Source: a bacterium UBP1_UBA4783
Lineage (GTDB): Bacteria > Krumholzibacteriota > Krumholzibacteriia > Krumholzibacteriales > Krumholzibacteriaceae
Reading direction: 5' to 3'
Assembly (NCBI GenBank): GCA_002403075.1
Contig: DHHB01000082.1
Coordinates: 32,213 to 96,212, forward strand
Length of the DNA: 64,000 nucleotides
The position numbers and the translations under genes were made by a program. The notes beneath the pieces are model-generated. The model saw only the letters and a list, made by a program, of their open reading frames with translations, made no database searches and was not told the origin of the DNA. The first letter of the stretch is position 1. Every line of letters begins with the position of its first letter. Shown here piece after piece: positions 45,619-54,568 of the stretch.

Positions 45619-46668
45619 TCAGCGTTCCCTCCGCGCGCCGCCGCGGACGGCCGGGCCGTCGAGCCGGCGCACTTCCTCGGAGTACCGTTTCTGCATCGAG
45701 AGCAGCTTCGGATCGCCGTCGGTCTCGAGGGCGTCGGGGCAGCGGTTCGAAGCGGAGATCTCGAGCGAATCGGCGCCGAAGGTCACCGTCACCTCGGTGA
45801 AAAACTGCTCCTTGGCGCCCGTTTCGACGACGGCCGTGCGGCCCGCGCGTTCGAAACGCGTCGTCCGCCCCGTGCGGTGTCCGTTCAGGACGACGTCGAT
45901 CCCCGGCACCTCGCGGGCGAGCGCCACGCTCTCCTCCCAGCCGAGGTGGGAAATGGCGACGACGACGTGGCAGCCGTCCGCGCGGAGCCTCGCCGCCGAT
46001 TCGAGGGCGGCGAGTTTCGGGTCGATCGCGGCGTAGCGATTCGAGCCGTCCGCGAGGCCGCGGTGCCATGGGGGAGGAAACACGACGGCGAAAACGCCGA
46101 CGCGGAGCCGTCCGCGCGCGCCGGAAGGGGTCCGGACGCCGGGGAATTCCTTCACGATCTCGCCGGGAAGCGCGCGCTCGCGCGTGCGCCGGTCGAGGAG
46201 GTTCGCGGCGAGGAGCGGCGGCGCATGAGGTCCCGCGCGGGAGCGGAGCTCGTCGAGGCCGATGCGGAGCTCGCTTTCGCCGACGCCCACCGCGTCGTAC
46301 CCGAGCAGCCGCATCGAACGGAACAGGTAGCGGTCGTTCATCTCGCGGTGACGCACGTCGGCGCCGAAATAGAAATCGCCCGTATCGAGGAGGAGGGTCG
46401 GCCGTTCACGGCGCCGCGCGCCGACGAGGGAAGCCCACCGGGCCATCCCGCATTGGTCCCGCTTCCTTCAACCGCAGGGTTCTCGGTAGCCGGACAGATT
46501 GCTCGTGAAGAAGATGCCGAGCTCGGTGCCCGGAGCGCACGGCTCCGGGGCGCGATCCTGGCGGGCCATCCGCACGCGGAGCGGCACGTAGAGGGCGAGC
46601 AGCAGGAGAAGGACGACGGCGGCGGCGTTCCGGAACGCTGCGGCGCTACGGATTCTTGGTTTTTCCAT
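45619..46668 (-). pseudogene. Secreted 5'-nucleotidase/metallophosphoesterase-like protein with degenerate metal ligands. One in-frame TGA (complement of 46468-46470) splits it into ORFs 46468..46668 and 45619..46446 in the same frame. It is either a pseudogene or a Sec-containing protein.
   Basis: The N-terminal fragment has a signal peptide and ...IFFTSNLSGYREPCG, then TGA, then ...RKRDQCGMARW...TLLLDTGDFYFG...LLGYDAVGVGESEL. This parallels UshA, where the corresponding motifs are HTNDHHG and GNHEFD. The two fragments are in the same frame, separated only by TGA. Confidence 0.5.
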
Positions 46669-49600
46669 ATTTCTTGAGCTTCGAATAGACGGTCGGTTTC
46701 GAGATGCCGAGGAGCGCGGCGGCCTTCGTCTTGTCGCCGATCTTCTCGACCACCTTGCTCACGATCATCCCTTCCACGCGCGGAAGGATCGGATCGGCGG
46801 CCGACAGCTCGGTGCGTTCGACGAGCTCCTCGATCGTTTGCTCGAGGGTCGCGCGCTGTTCGGCGCGGGCGATCTCGCGCCGTTTCGCGATGGCGTCCGG
46901 CAGATCCTCGGGCAGGATCGTCTCGCGCCGCGCCGCGATGATCGTCCGGTTGACGATGTTCTCGAGTTCCCGCACGTTCCCCGGCCAGTCGTAGGCGACG
47001 AGGCGGGCCATCGCCTCGGGAGAGATCTTCTTCACGGGCATGCCGTAGAGACGGCAGTAGACGGCGAGGAAATGGAGGGCGAGCGGCTCGATGTCCTCGG
47101 CCCGCTCGCGGAGATCGGGAATGCGGATGGGAAACACGTTGATGCGGTAGTAGAGATCCTCGCGGAATCTTCCCTCGCGGACGAGGGCGAGGAGATCCTT
47201 GTTGGTGGCGGTGATGATCCGCACGTTCGTCGAGATCAAGTGCGAGCCGCCGACGCGGTAGAAGGTCCGGTTCTCGAGCACGTGGAGGAGCTTCGGCTGG
47301 AGCGCGAGCGGCATATCGCCGATCTCGTTCAGGAAGATCGTTCCGCCGTTCGCCGACTCGAAATGGCCGATCCGCAGCTTGTGGGCGCCGGTGAACGCGC
47401 CCCGCTCGTGGCCGAAGAGCTCGCTCTCGAGGAGCTCGGCTGATATCGCCGCGCAGTTGAGCGCCACGAACGGCTTTTCCGCGCGGGGGCTGCGGCAATG
47501 GATCGTTCTCGCGACGAGGTCCTTGCCGGTGCCGTTCGATCCCGTGAGCAGCACCGTGGTGTCCATGTCCCTGATGCCGTCGAGAAGCCCGTACAGGTGC
47601 CTCATCGGGGCGGAGGAGCCGATCACGTCCGGGAACGCCGCGCGCTTGCCGGGCCGCGCGGGCGGGGCGTTCGCCTCGATGCGCGATCGCTCGAACCCCT
47701 CGATCCGATCGGCGAGGAGCGCGCGTTCGAGGGCGAGCGCCGCTTCCTGGCAGAAAGCGACGAGCAGACTATGGTCGCCGTCGGCCGTTCGTTCTCCCCC
47801 CCGCGCGGAGTCGAGGTACAGGAACGCCGTCGCGTCGCCGCCGACGCGCAGCGGCACGCACAGGATGCGCGGGCGTTCCGCGAGAAACTCGGGCGGCACC
47901 TTGCCTTCGGGGAGCGTCGAACGCGTCGTGTCGAGGGGGTATCCGAGCCGCACGGCGACGGCGAGCACGGCCGCGACGCGCCGGTCGGCGAGCGTCCCCG
48001 AAGCGGGGAAGTCGCCGCTCGCGGCGGCGATCCGGAAGGCGTCCTTGCCGTCGGCCTTGCGGATGAGCGCCGCGCGCTCCATGCCGGTGATGCGGAGCGC
48101 CGTATCGACGACGAGGTTTTCGATTTCGGCCGTCCCCCTCGCCGAGCGCACCATCGCCGCGAGGCGGCAGAGCGCGTGGAAGCGGTCGGTATCCGATACG
48201 ATTTCGCCGCGGCACAGCGGCGAGCGCTTTTCGACGCTCTCCCGGAGGCGGCGCACCGGAAGCGGCACGTGCTCGCTTTCGCCGACTGCGGAGAGCGAGC
48301 GGAGGAGGTACTCGCGGGCGAGCGGCTCGTTCCCCTCGGCGAGCGAGAGCGATCCGATCTCGGCGGCGACGCTCGCCGCCGCGTTCGTTCGGCCGAGGAG
48401 CGAGAGCTCGAGGCTCCCGCTCTCGAGCTTGAACCGTCCTTCCTCGACCCGTCCCTGCGAAATGAGTATCCGCCCTTCGAGGATCGTGAGGAGCACCGCC
48501 TCGAGGCGCGAACCGATCCGCTGGTTCAGGGCGCGCGCTTCGGCGAGATGCTTCGCCGCCTCGGGCGCGTCCCCCGAGGCGAGGCGCAGCTCGCCGAGCT
48601 TCCGCAGCACGACGGCGCGCTCGCGGATCGATTTCGTCCGATCGCAGAGGTCGAGGTCGCGCTCGTAGTACGCCGCCGCCTTCTCGCCGTTCCCCTGGAG
48701 AAACTGGATCTCGCCCATCGTGCCCCACACCTCGGCGAGGAGCTGCTGGTTGCCGATCGTCTCGGCGAGGTGCGCGGCCGTGGCGCAGCTGCGCTCCGCG
48801 TCGCGGTACTTCTCCGTCTCGAGATACACGAGGGCTTGATTGAGAAGCGCCGCGGCGAGCCCGGGGAGGTTCTCGTGGCGCTTCTTGATCTCCATGCTCT
48901 TCGCGAAGCATTCGAGCGCCTCGGCGTACGCGCCGAGAGAACGGTACACGAGGCCGAGGTTGTTGTACGTCGCGGCGACGCCGATCTCGTCGCTGCAGTC
49001 CTCGCGGAGAGCGAGACAGCGCTTGTAGCAGAGGATCGCGTCCTCGTACTTGCTGCGGTTCCAGTTGATCGTTCCCATGAGGTTGTACGACTGGGCGATC
49101 TCCGCAGGATCCCTCTTCTCGTCGAGGAGCCGGTGCACGAGAAGACAGTGCTCCCACGAACGGTCGAACGCTCCGAGGCGGTAGTGGATCCAGGCGATGT
49201 CGTTGTAGAGCTTCGCGCGTTCCTGCGAGAGGAGCTCGTCGCCGTGCATCTCGAGCGCTTTCTCGAGGAGCTCCTGCGCCGCGGGAAACTCCCCCCGTTT
49301 TTCGAGGATCTCGCTCTCGCGGCGCACCGCTTCGACGGCGAGGTTGCGGAAACGGGCCGTCTCGGGCTCGCGGTCGATCTCCTCGCGGCAGCGGCGGTAG
49401 AAGGATTCCGCCGCCGAGGTGTTCCCCGTCAGCGCACAATGGGCGCCGAGATCGAGGAGGAGGGCGTAGCGCGCGTCGGCTGGGAGCGCGAGATCGAGAC
49501 CCTCCTCGAAATAGCTCTCGTGAAAGCAGCGCAGCGCCGCGAGCCGCTTGCGCCGCATGAAATGCTGCAGGATCTCGCGGCCGCGCAGCGCCGCTTCGGC

Positions 49601-51289
49601 GCGCGCGCCGCTCCGCACGAGGTGGACGTAGGAGCAGATCGCCGGCACGCCGCGACGTTCGTCGAGGAGCCGCGCGATATTCCGGTGGATCGACTCGAGC
49701 CGCTCGGCGGGAAGCGCCTCGATCGCCGCGCGGGCGATCGAACGTCCCGCCACGCGGTACAGCATGGCGAGGGCGCCGTTCGAGAGCGGCGAGACCCCCG
49801 CGCGCGTACGCACGAGACCGCGGGCCTCGAGGCGCCGGAGCGCGTCGAAGACGCTCTGCTCCTCCGGGGCGTAGACGGCGAGAATGAAGGAAAGCGGCGC
49901 TTCGAAATCGAACGCCGAGAGGAACGCGAGCACGGAGCGCTCCTCTCCGCCGAGCGAGTCGAGGAAGAGCCGGGCGCCCGCAGCCGGCGCCGCGCCGTTT
50001 TCCTCGATCGCCGCGATGCGGTCGAGCCGCTCGAACGCGAACGAACCCGCCGCCGTCCCTCCGGAGGCGCTCTCCGGAGCGATGCGATCGAGCAGCCGGC
50101 GGCGTTCCGCCGCGGAGAGCGGCGGCAGGGCCACCTCCCGGACGTCGACGCCGCGCTTCCCGATCTCCTCGCGTATGCCGTCCGCGAGCCGGGAGCCGCC
50201 GTCTTCGCCCACCGCGGCGACGGTGAGACGGCAGCGCTCCGCCGCCTGGCACAGGTAATCGATCACGCAGCATTCGAGGAGCGGTTCGAGGGCGTGGTCG
50301 TCGACGAGGGCGAAGTCGGCGCCGTCGACCGCCTCCTTTTCGGCGACGTCTTGAAAGATCGATTGGTCGCCGGCGATCGAGCCGCGCCGGTATCCCCATT
50401 CGTCGACGAGGATACGCTCGAGGCGCTCGAGAAAATGAGTTTTCCCCTCGCCGTCCGCTCCCCTGAGCAGGATGAGCGCGCGTTCGTCGTCGCGGGCCTT
50501 GAGGGCGGTCTGCTTCACCGCTCGAAGCGCGGCGGCGGGAGGATGGACGTTGACGGTCCGCGCCGGGAAGATCCGGTCCGGAGACACCGCCGTCTCCGCG
50601 AATGCGGCGAGCGCCTCGATCGCCGCTCGGTAGTCGCGGCCCCCTGTTTCCGGACCGAGCGCCTTGAGGGCGTCGGCGACGCGCTTGGCGCGCTCCGCTT
50701 CGCCGGATTCGAAGTGGCGGGCCGCCGTCGAAAGGAGCTCGGCCGCGGCGCGAAGGTCGACGTACGGCGTCTCCGGCGCCGCGCCCTCCCGCGCCCCGGA
50801 GCGGATGATCGAGAGCACCGGCCCCGGAATGAGATAGGCCGTCGGCAGGACGCCGGGCGCGTCGTTCGCCATGTACATCGATTCGAGGGAGAGGTTCGAA
50901 AAGGCGCATCCGTCGGCGAGGCACGCGAGCACGTAGGAGAGAAGGGCGCGCGTGTGCGCGAGCGCGCGGGCCGGCTGCATGAGAGAAAGCGCCTTGGTGA
51001 GCGGCGCGATCTCGACCCGCGGGACGAGGAAGGTGACCGCTCCGTTCGCCTGCTGCAGCGAAAGCGTCGGCGACGCGATCGCGCCGTGCCGCGTGAACAG
51101 GCGATCCCGCATCCGTAGATCGTCGATCGAAACGGAAAGGTTCGCGGGGATTTCGAGAGAGAAGAAGAAATACTCCTTCTCGCTCAGGCTGTCGCTGACG
51201 GAGCATCCGTGCCACGGCGGAAATTCACCGAGCGTCGTGCGGACGATATAGCGAGAATCGAGCGGGATTCGAGCCTTTTCGTTGTTCAT
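46646..51289 (-). CDS. Giant (1547 aa) sigma54-dependent transcriptional activator: N-terminal ~250-aa unknown domain, STAND/AAA_16-type P-loop NTPase, long TPR array, GAF-like region, sigma54-interaction AAA+ domain, Fis-type HTH.
   Basis: Walker A GADGEGKT and multiple TPR repeats. Sigma54 AAA+ motifs GSNGTGKD, the GAFTGA signature (ELFGHERGAFTGA), FLNEIGDMPL and PGNVRELEN. C-terminal HTH AAALLGISKPTVYSKLKKYG. Confidence 0.8.
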   Translation of the reverse strand: MNNEKARIPLDSRYIVRTTLGEFPPWHGCSVSDSLSEKEYFFFSLEIPANLSVSIDDLRMRDRLFTRHGAIASPTLSLQQANGAVTFLVPRVEIAPLTKALSLMQPARALAHTRALLSYVLACLADGCAFSNLSLESMYMANDAPGVLPTAYLIPGPVLSIIRSGAREGAAPETPYVDLRAAAELLSTAARHFESGEAERAKRVADALKALGPETGGRDYRAAIEALAAFAETAVSPDRIFPARTVNVHPPAAALRAVKQTALKARDDERALILLRGADGEGKTHFLERLERILVDEWGYRRGSIAGDQSIFQDVAEKEAVDGADFALVDDHALEPLLECCVIDYLCQAAERCRLTVAAVGEDGGSRLADGIREEIGKRGVDVREVALPPLSAAERRRLLDRIAPESASGGTAAGSFAFERLDRIAAIEENGAAPAAGARLFLDSLGGEERSVLAFLSAFDFEAPLSFILAVYAPEEQSVFDALRRLEARGLVRTRAGVSPLSNGALAMLYRVAGRSIARAAIEALPAERLESIHRNIARLLDERRGVPAICSYVHLVRSGARAEAALRGREILQHFMRRKRLAALRCFHESYFEEGLDLALPADARYALLLDLGAHCALTGNTSAAESFYRRCREEIDREPETARFRNLAVEAVRRESEILEKRGEFPAAQELLEKALEMHGDELLSQERAKLYNDIAWIHYRLGAFDRSWEHCLLVHRLLDEKRDPAEIAQSYNLMGTINWNRSKYEDAILCYKRCLALREDCSDEIGVAATYNNLGLVYRSLGAYAEALECFAKSMEIKKRHENLPGLAAALLNQALVYLETEKYRDAERSCATAAHLAETIGNQQLLAEVWGTMGEIQFLQGNGEKAAAYYERDLDLCDRTKSIRERAVVLRKLGELRLASGDAPEAAKHLAEARALNQRIGSRLEAVLLTILEGRILISQGRVEEGRFKLESGSLELSLLGRTNAAASVAAEIGSLSLAEGNEPLAREYLLRSLSAVGESEHVPLPVRRLRESVEKRSPLCRGEIVSDTDRFHALCRLAAMVRSARGTAEIENLVVDTALRITGMERAALIRKADGKDAFRIAAASGDFPASGTLADRRVAAVLAVAVRLGYPLDTTRSTLPEGKVPPEFLAERPRILCVPLRVGGDATAFLYLDSARGGERTADGDHSLLVAFCQEAALALERALLADRIEGFERSRIEANAPPARPGKRAAFPDVIGSSAPMRHLYGLLDGIRDMDTTVLLTGSNGTGKDLVARTIHCRSPRAEKPFVALNCAAISAELLESELFGHERGAFTGAHKLRIGHFESANGGTIFLNEIGDMPLALQPKLLHVLENRTFYRVGGSHLISTNVRIITATNKDLLALVREGRFREDLYYRINVFPIRIPDLRERAEDIEPLALHFLAVYCRLYGMPVKKISPEAMARLVAYDWPGNVRELENIVNRTIIAARRETILPEDLPDAIAKRREIARAEQRATLEQTIEELVERTELSAADPILPRVEGMIVSKVVEKIGDKTKAAALLGISKPTVYSKLKKYGKTKNP

Positions 51290-51380
51290 ATCGGCGCAAC
51301 CGTTAAGGAATTTGACCGGGTAAAATTACTTTACCGCATACGGCAAGGTGATTGCAAGAGAAAAATGGGGCGGCGGGGGA

Positions 51381-51725
51381 TCAGGGGATATAGAGCAGGC
51401 GCCCGCAGCTCTCGCAGGTCTGGAGCTCGACGCGGTTCGCCGACGAGAAGAACGACGTCGGAAGCTTCACGAAACAGCCGAGGCACCGGCTGCCGGAGAC
51501 GGGCAGAATGGCCACCGTGTAATGCTCGGCGAGCTTTTCGTAGCGGTTGAGGAGCGCCTTCGGAACCGAGGAGGCGAGCTTCGCGCGCGCGTCGAGGAGG
51601 ACCGACAGTCCGGTGAGCTTGAATCCGAGACCCTCGAGCTCCTTCGACGTGGCCTTGTCCTTGACCTCCTTGATCATGATGTCGAGGTCCTGGAGCGCGA
51701 TGAGGAGCCGGTGCTCGTCTTTCAA
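51381..51725 (-). CDS. C4 zinc-ribbon domain protein (COG1579-like, short form).
   Basis: Coiled-coil N-terminus and CLGCFVKL...CESCGRLL. Confidence 0.5.
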   Translation of the reverse strand: MKDEHRLLIALQDLDIMIKEVKDKATSKELEGLGFKLTGLSVLLDARAKLASSVPKALLNRYEKLAEHYTVAILPVSGSRCLGCFVKLPTSFFSSANRVELQTCESCGRLLYIP

Positions 51726-52189
51726 TCGTCTTTCCCTTCGAAGATGCCGACGAGCGTCGAGAAATCGGCGGCCTCGTTGAGCGCCCTGAGCTTCGCCGGT
51801 TTCTGGATGAGCCCGATGAGCTCGCTGAGGATCGCGAGATAGGTTTCAGATCCCTTGTCCGACGGCGCGAGTATGAGGAAGAAGACGTTCGTCGGCTTGC
51901 CGTCGAGCGCCTCGAAATCGACTCCCGACGAGGAGCGCGCGAACAACACCGTAAGCTGCTTGATGGCGAGGGAGCGGCCGTGGGGAAACGCGACGCCGTT
52001 TCCGAGCCCCGTGCTGCCGAGGTTCTCGCGGTTCTTCAACATGTCGAGGATGAACCGTTCGTCCGAGATGCGTTTCTGGAGAGCGAGGTGATGTACCATC
52101 TCCGTGAGCGCGCTGATCTTCTTGCGCGACCGGAGATGAAATATGCAAAGATCCTCTTCGAAGAACGAAATCAGCTTGGAAGCTTCCAT
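51722..52189 (-). CDS. ptsN: PTS EIIA(Ntr)-type nitrogen regulatory protein.
   Basis: EIIA(Fru/Mtl/Ntr) fold with phosphorylatable His in GLGNGVAFPHGR. Length is 155 aa. Confidence 0.75.
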   Translation of the reverse strand: MEASKLISFFEEDLCIFHLRSRKKISALTEMVHHLALQKRISDERFILDMLKNRENLGSTGLGNGVAFPHGRSLAIKQLTVLFARSSSGVDFEALDGKPTNVFFLILAPSDKGSETYLAILSELIGLIQKPAKLRALNEAADFSTLVGIFEGKDD

Positions 52190-52316
52190 ATGCGCCCCAA
52201 TATATCACCCGCCTCGCACGCATGTATAGCAATTTTATCGTTCGGCGACAACATATTTTTTGCTATCTTCCGGCGTGCACGGTCGAACGCAACGAACGGC
52301 GGAGAAAACGGTTGCC

Positions 52317-53243
52317 ATGACGGCTGAAGAAATCGTCGAGGGTCTCGTCGTCCGCATCCGAGGCGCGGATTTCGTCGCCGAGAGCGGCGGGGAGGAAGTG
52401 CGCTGCGCGCTTCGCGGCAGGACGCGTCTCTCGGAATCTCCGGGCGAGGTCCTGCCCGTCGTCGGAGACAGGATCCGTTTCACGAGAGAGCGCGGCGGCG
52501 CGGGCGGCTTCGTGAAGGACATTCTGCCGCGCCGGTCGCTGTTCGCCCGCGTGGACCCGTCGCAGAGGTTCGGCTACCGCGTCATATGCGCCAACATGGA
52601 TTTCGCCGTTCTCGTTTTCGCCGTCCGGGAACCGCGGCTGAACGAGCGCATGCTCGACCGGATGCTCGTCGCGGCCGAACGCGGCGGCATCGAGCCCGTG
52701 ATATGCGTCAACAAGGTCGATATCGCGGAGGACCGGGCCGCGCTCGACCGAACCCTTCATCCCTACCGCGGAATGGGTTACCGCCTGATCCTCTCGAGCG
52801 CCGTGACGGGCGAGGGCGTCGACGAGCTCGCGGCTCTGCTCGCGGGCCGTCTCTCCGTTCTCGCCGGACCGTCCGGGGCGGGAAAGACGTCGCTCATCTC
52901 GCGCGTCCAGCCGGGCCTCGAGCTCGCGGTCGGGGAGGTGAGCGCGAAAACGGGCAAGGGAAAGCACACGACGAGCCATTTCGAGCTCCATCGCCTCCGC
53001 GGCGGGGGGTATCTCGGCGACACCCCCGGCGTGAGGGAGTTCGGCGTCTGGGGCGTTTCGAAGGCCGTTCTGCCGTCTCTCTTCAGGGATTTCGCCCCGT
53101 TTCGCGGGGAATGCCGGTTCGCCGCCTGCACCCACAGCCATGAGCCGGACTGCGCGATCAAGGATGCCGTCGCCTCCGGCGACCTCTCGCGCGAGAGGTA
53201 CGAGAGCTATCTTCGCATGCTGGAGACGGTTCCGGACCGGTGA
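52317..53243 (+). CDS. rsgA: Ribosome small-subunit-dependent GTPase A.
   Basis: Circularly permuted GTPase (NKVDI...GPSGAGKTSL) and a C-terminal zinc finger CRFAACTHSHEPDC. Confidence 0.85.
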   Translation: MTAEEIVEGLVVRIRGADFVAESGGEEVRCALRGRTRLSESPGEVLPVVGDRIRFTRERGGAGGFVKDILPRRSLFARVDPSQRFGYRVICANMDFAVLVFAVREPRLNERMLDRMLVAAERGGIEPVICVNKVDIAEDRAALDRTLHPYRGMGYRLILSSAVTGEGVDELAALLAGRLSVLAGPSGAGKTSLISRVQPGLELAVGEVSAKTGKGKHTTSHFELHRLRGGGYLGDTPGVREFGVWGVSKAVLPSLFRDFAPFRGECRFAACTHSHEPDCAIKDAVASGDLSRERYESYLRMLETVPDR

Positions 53244-53458
53244 GGCGGACGCCCGCCGGCCCCGCGGCGGCCGCTCGTTCCCGAGGCGCCGGCTCCCGGC
53301 GGGAGTGCGGCGGGAAAATATAAATGGCGGCCCGGGGAGGGCCGCCATCCGCAAGAAGGGACTATGGGATGGGGGCAAAACATCCGCATTCTGATTATTG
53401 ATACGCGTGAGGCGGGGATGAAGTTCCATAAAAATAAAAAAATATTTCGGGGGTCCCC

Positions 53459-54568
53459 ATGAGGAAGCGGATCGAACGGGCGCTCAAACGCCGTTTCGCC
53501 CGGTGCGCCGCGCTTTTTCTCGACCGACGCCGGATCACCCCCGCGGAGCTCGAAAGGATCGAGATATCGCGCCTTCTCGTCATCCGCCAGCACAACCAGA
53601 TGGGGGATATGCTGCTCGCCGTGCCGGCGTTCCGGGGTCTTCGCCGCCGTTTCCCCGGGGCGCGGATATCGCTCGTCGCCGCTCCCGTCAACGCGGCGGC
53701 CGCGGCGCGGATCCCGTATATCGACGAGGTGCTGACGTACGCGAAACGGCGAAACCGGTGGAACCCGTTCGCGCTCCCGGCGTTCGTCGCGGGCCTTCGC
53801 AGCCGGCGCTTCGACGCGGTCATCGTGCTCAACACCGTGTCCTTCTCGATCACGAGCATGCTGCTCGCCGCGGCGAGCGGCGCGCGCGTCCGTCTCGGGT
53901 CGACGAGCCGGCCGTTCGGGCACGATCTTTCCGAGAGGTTCTATCATCTCGAGTTGCCGCTCCCTCCGCCGGAGGAGCTCGCCGCGATGCACGAAAGCCG
54001 GCACAACCTCTATCCGCTCGCACCGATCGGCGTCCGGGAGGACGACCTTCGATCGATCGTCGTTCCGACGGCGGAGGAGGAGCGGGACGCCGTTCGATTC
54101 GTCGCGGCGTCCGTCGGCGACGGGACGCCGTTCGTCGTTGTGCATCCGGGCGCGGGCAAGCGTGGGAATATCTGGCCTCCCGAGCGTTTCGCCGAGGTCG
54201 TCTCGGCGCTTCACGATCGCCGCGGCGCGGGAGCGATCGCCGTGCGCGGCCCGGTCGACGGCCCCGCCGTCGACGCCTTTCTCCGCTCGTGCAGGGTACG
54301 TCCGGCGGTCGTCTCGTCGCCCGGCATCGGATTCCTCGCGAGCCTCATGAAGCTCGCGTCATGCGTCCTCTGCAACGATACCGGGGTCATGCACGTCGCC
54401 GGCGCCGCGGGGGCGCGATGCGTCGCCGTGTTCGGGCCGACGGATCCGCGCCGCTGGAAGCCCCCGAACGACACGGTCGTCGCCGTGCGCGCCCGGGACG
54501 GAAGGGTCGAGTCAGTCGAAGCCGGCGAGGTTCTCGAGGCGGTCGAGCGCTTACTGGCTCTCCGATAG
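53459..54568 (+). CDS. Glycosyltransferase family 9 (LPS heptosyltransferase-like).
   Basis: GT9 pattern with C-terminal ...NDTGVMHVAGAAGARCVAVFGPTDPRRW. An AT-rich tract lies immediately upstream. Confidence 0.75.
   Translation: MRKRIERALKRRFARCAALFLDRRRITPAELERIEISRLLVIRQHNQMGDMLLAVPAFRGLRRRFPGARISLVAAPVNAAAAARIPYIDEVLTYAKRRNRWNPFALPAFVAGLRSRRFDAVIVLNTVSFSITSMLLAAASGARVRLGSTSRPFGHDLSERFYHLELPLPPPEELAAMHESRHNLYPLAPIGVREDDLRSIVVPTAEEERDAVRFVAASVGDGTPFVVVHPGAGKRGNIWPPERFAEVVSALHDRRGAGAIAVRGPVDGPAVDAFLRSCRVRPAVVSSPGIGFLASLMKLASCVLCNDTGVMHVAGAAGARCVAVFGPTDPRRWKPPNDTVVAVRARDGRVESVEAGEVLEAVERLLALR

Noticed and set aside
46838-51215. Long ORFs overlapping the sigma54 activator (47498..51118 +, 47769..51215 -, 46338..47498 -).
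   Set aside because: They are out of frame or antisense to an ORF carrying canonical Walker, GAFTGA and HTH motifs. They have extreme Arg/Pro/Gly composition.
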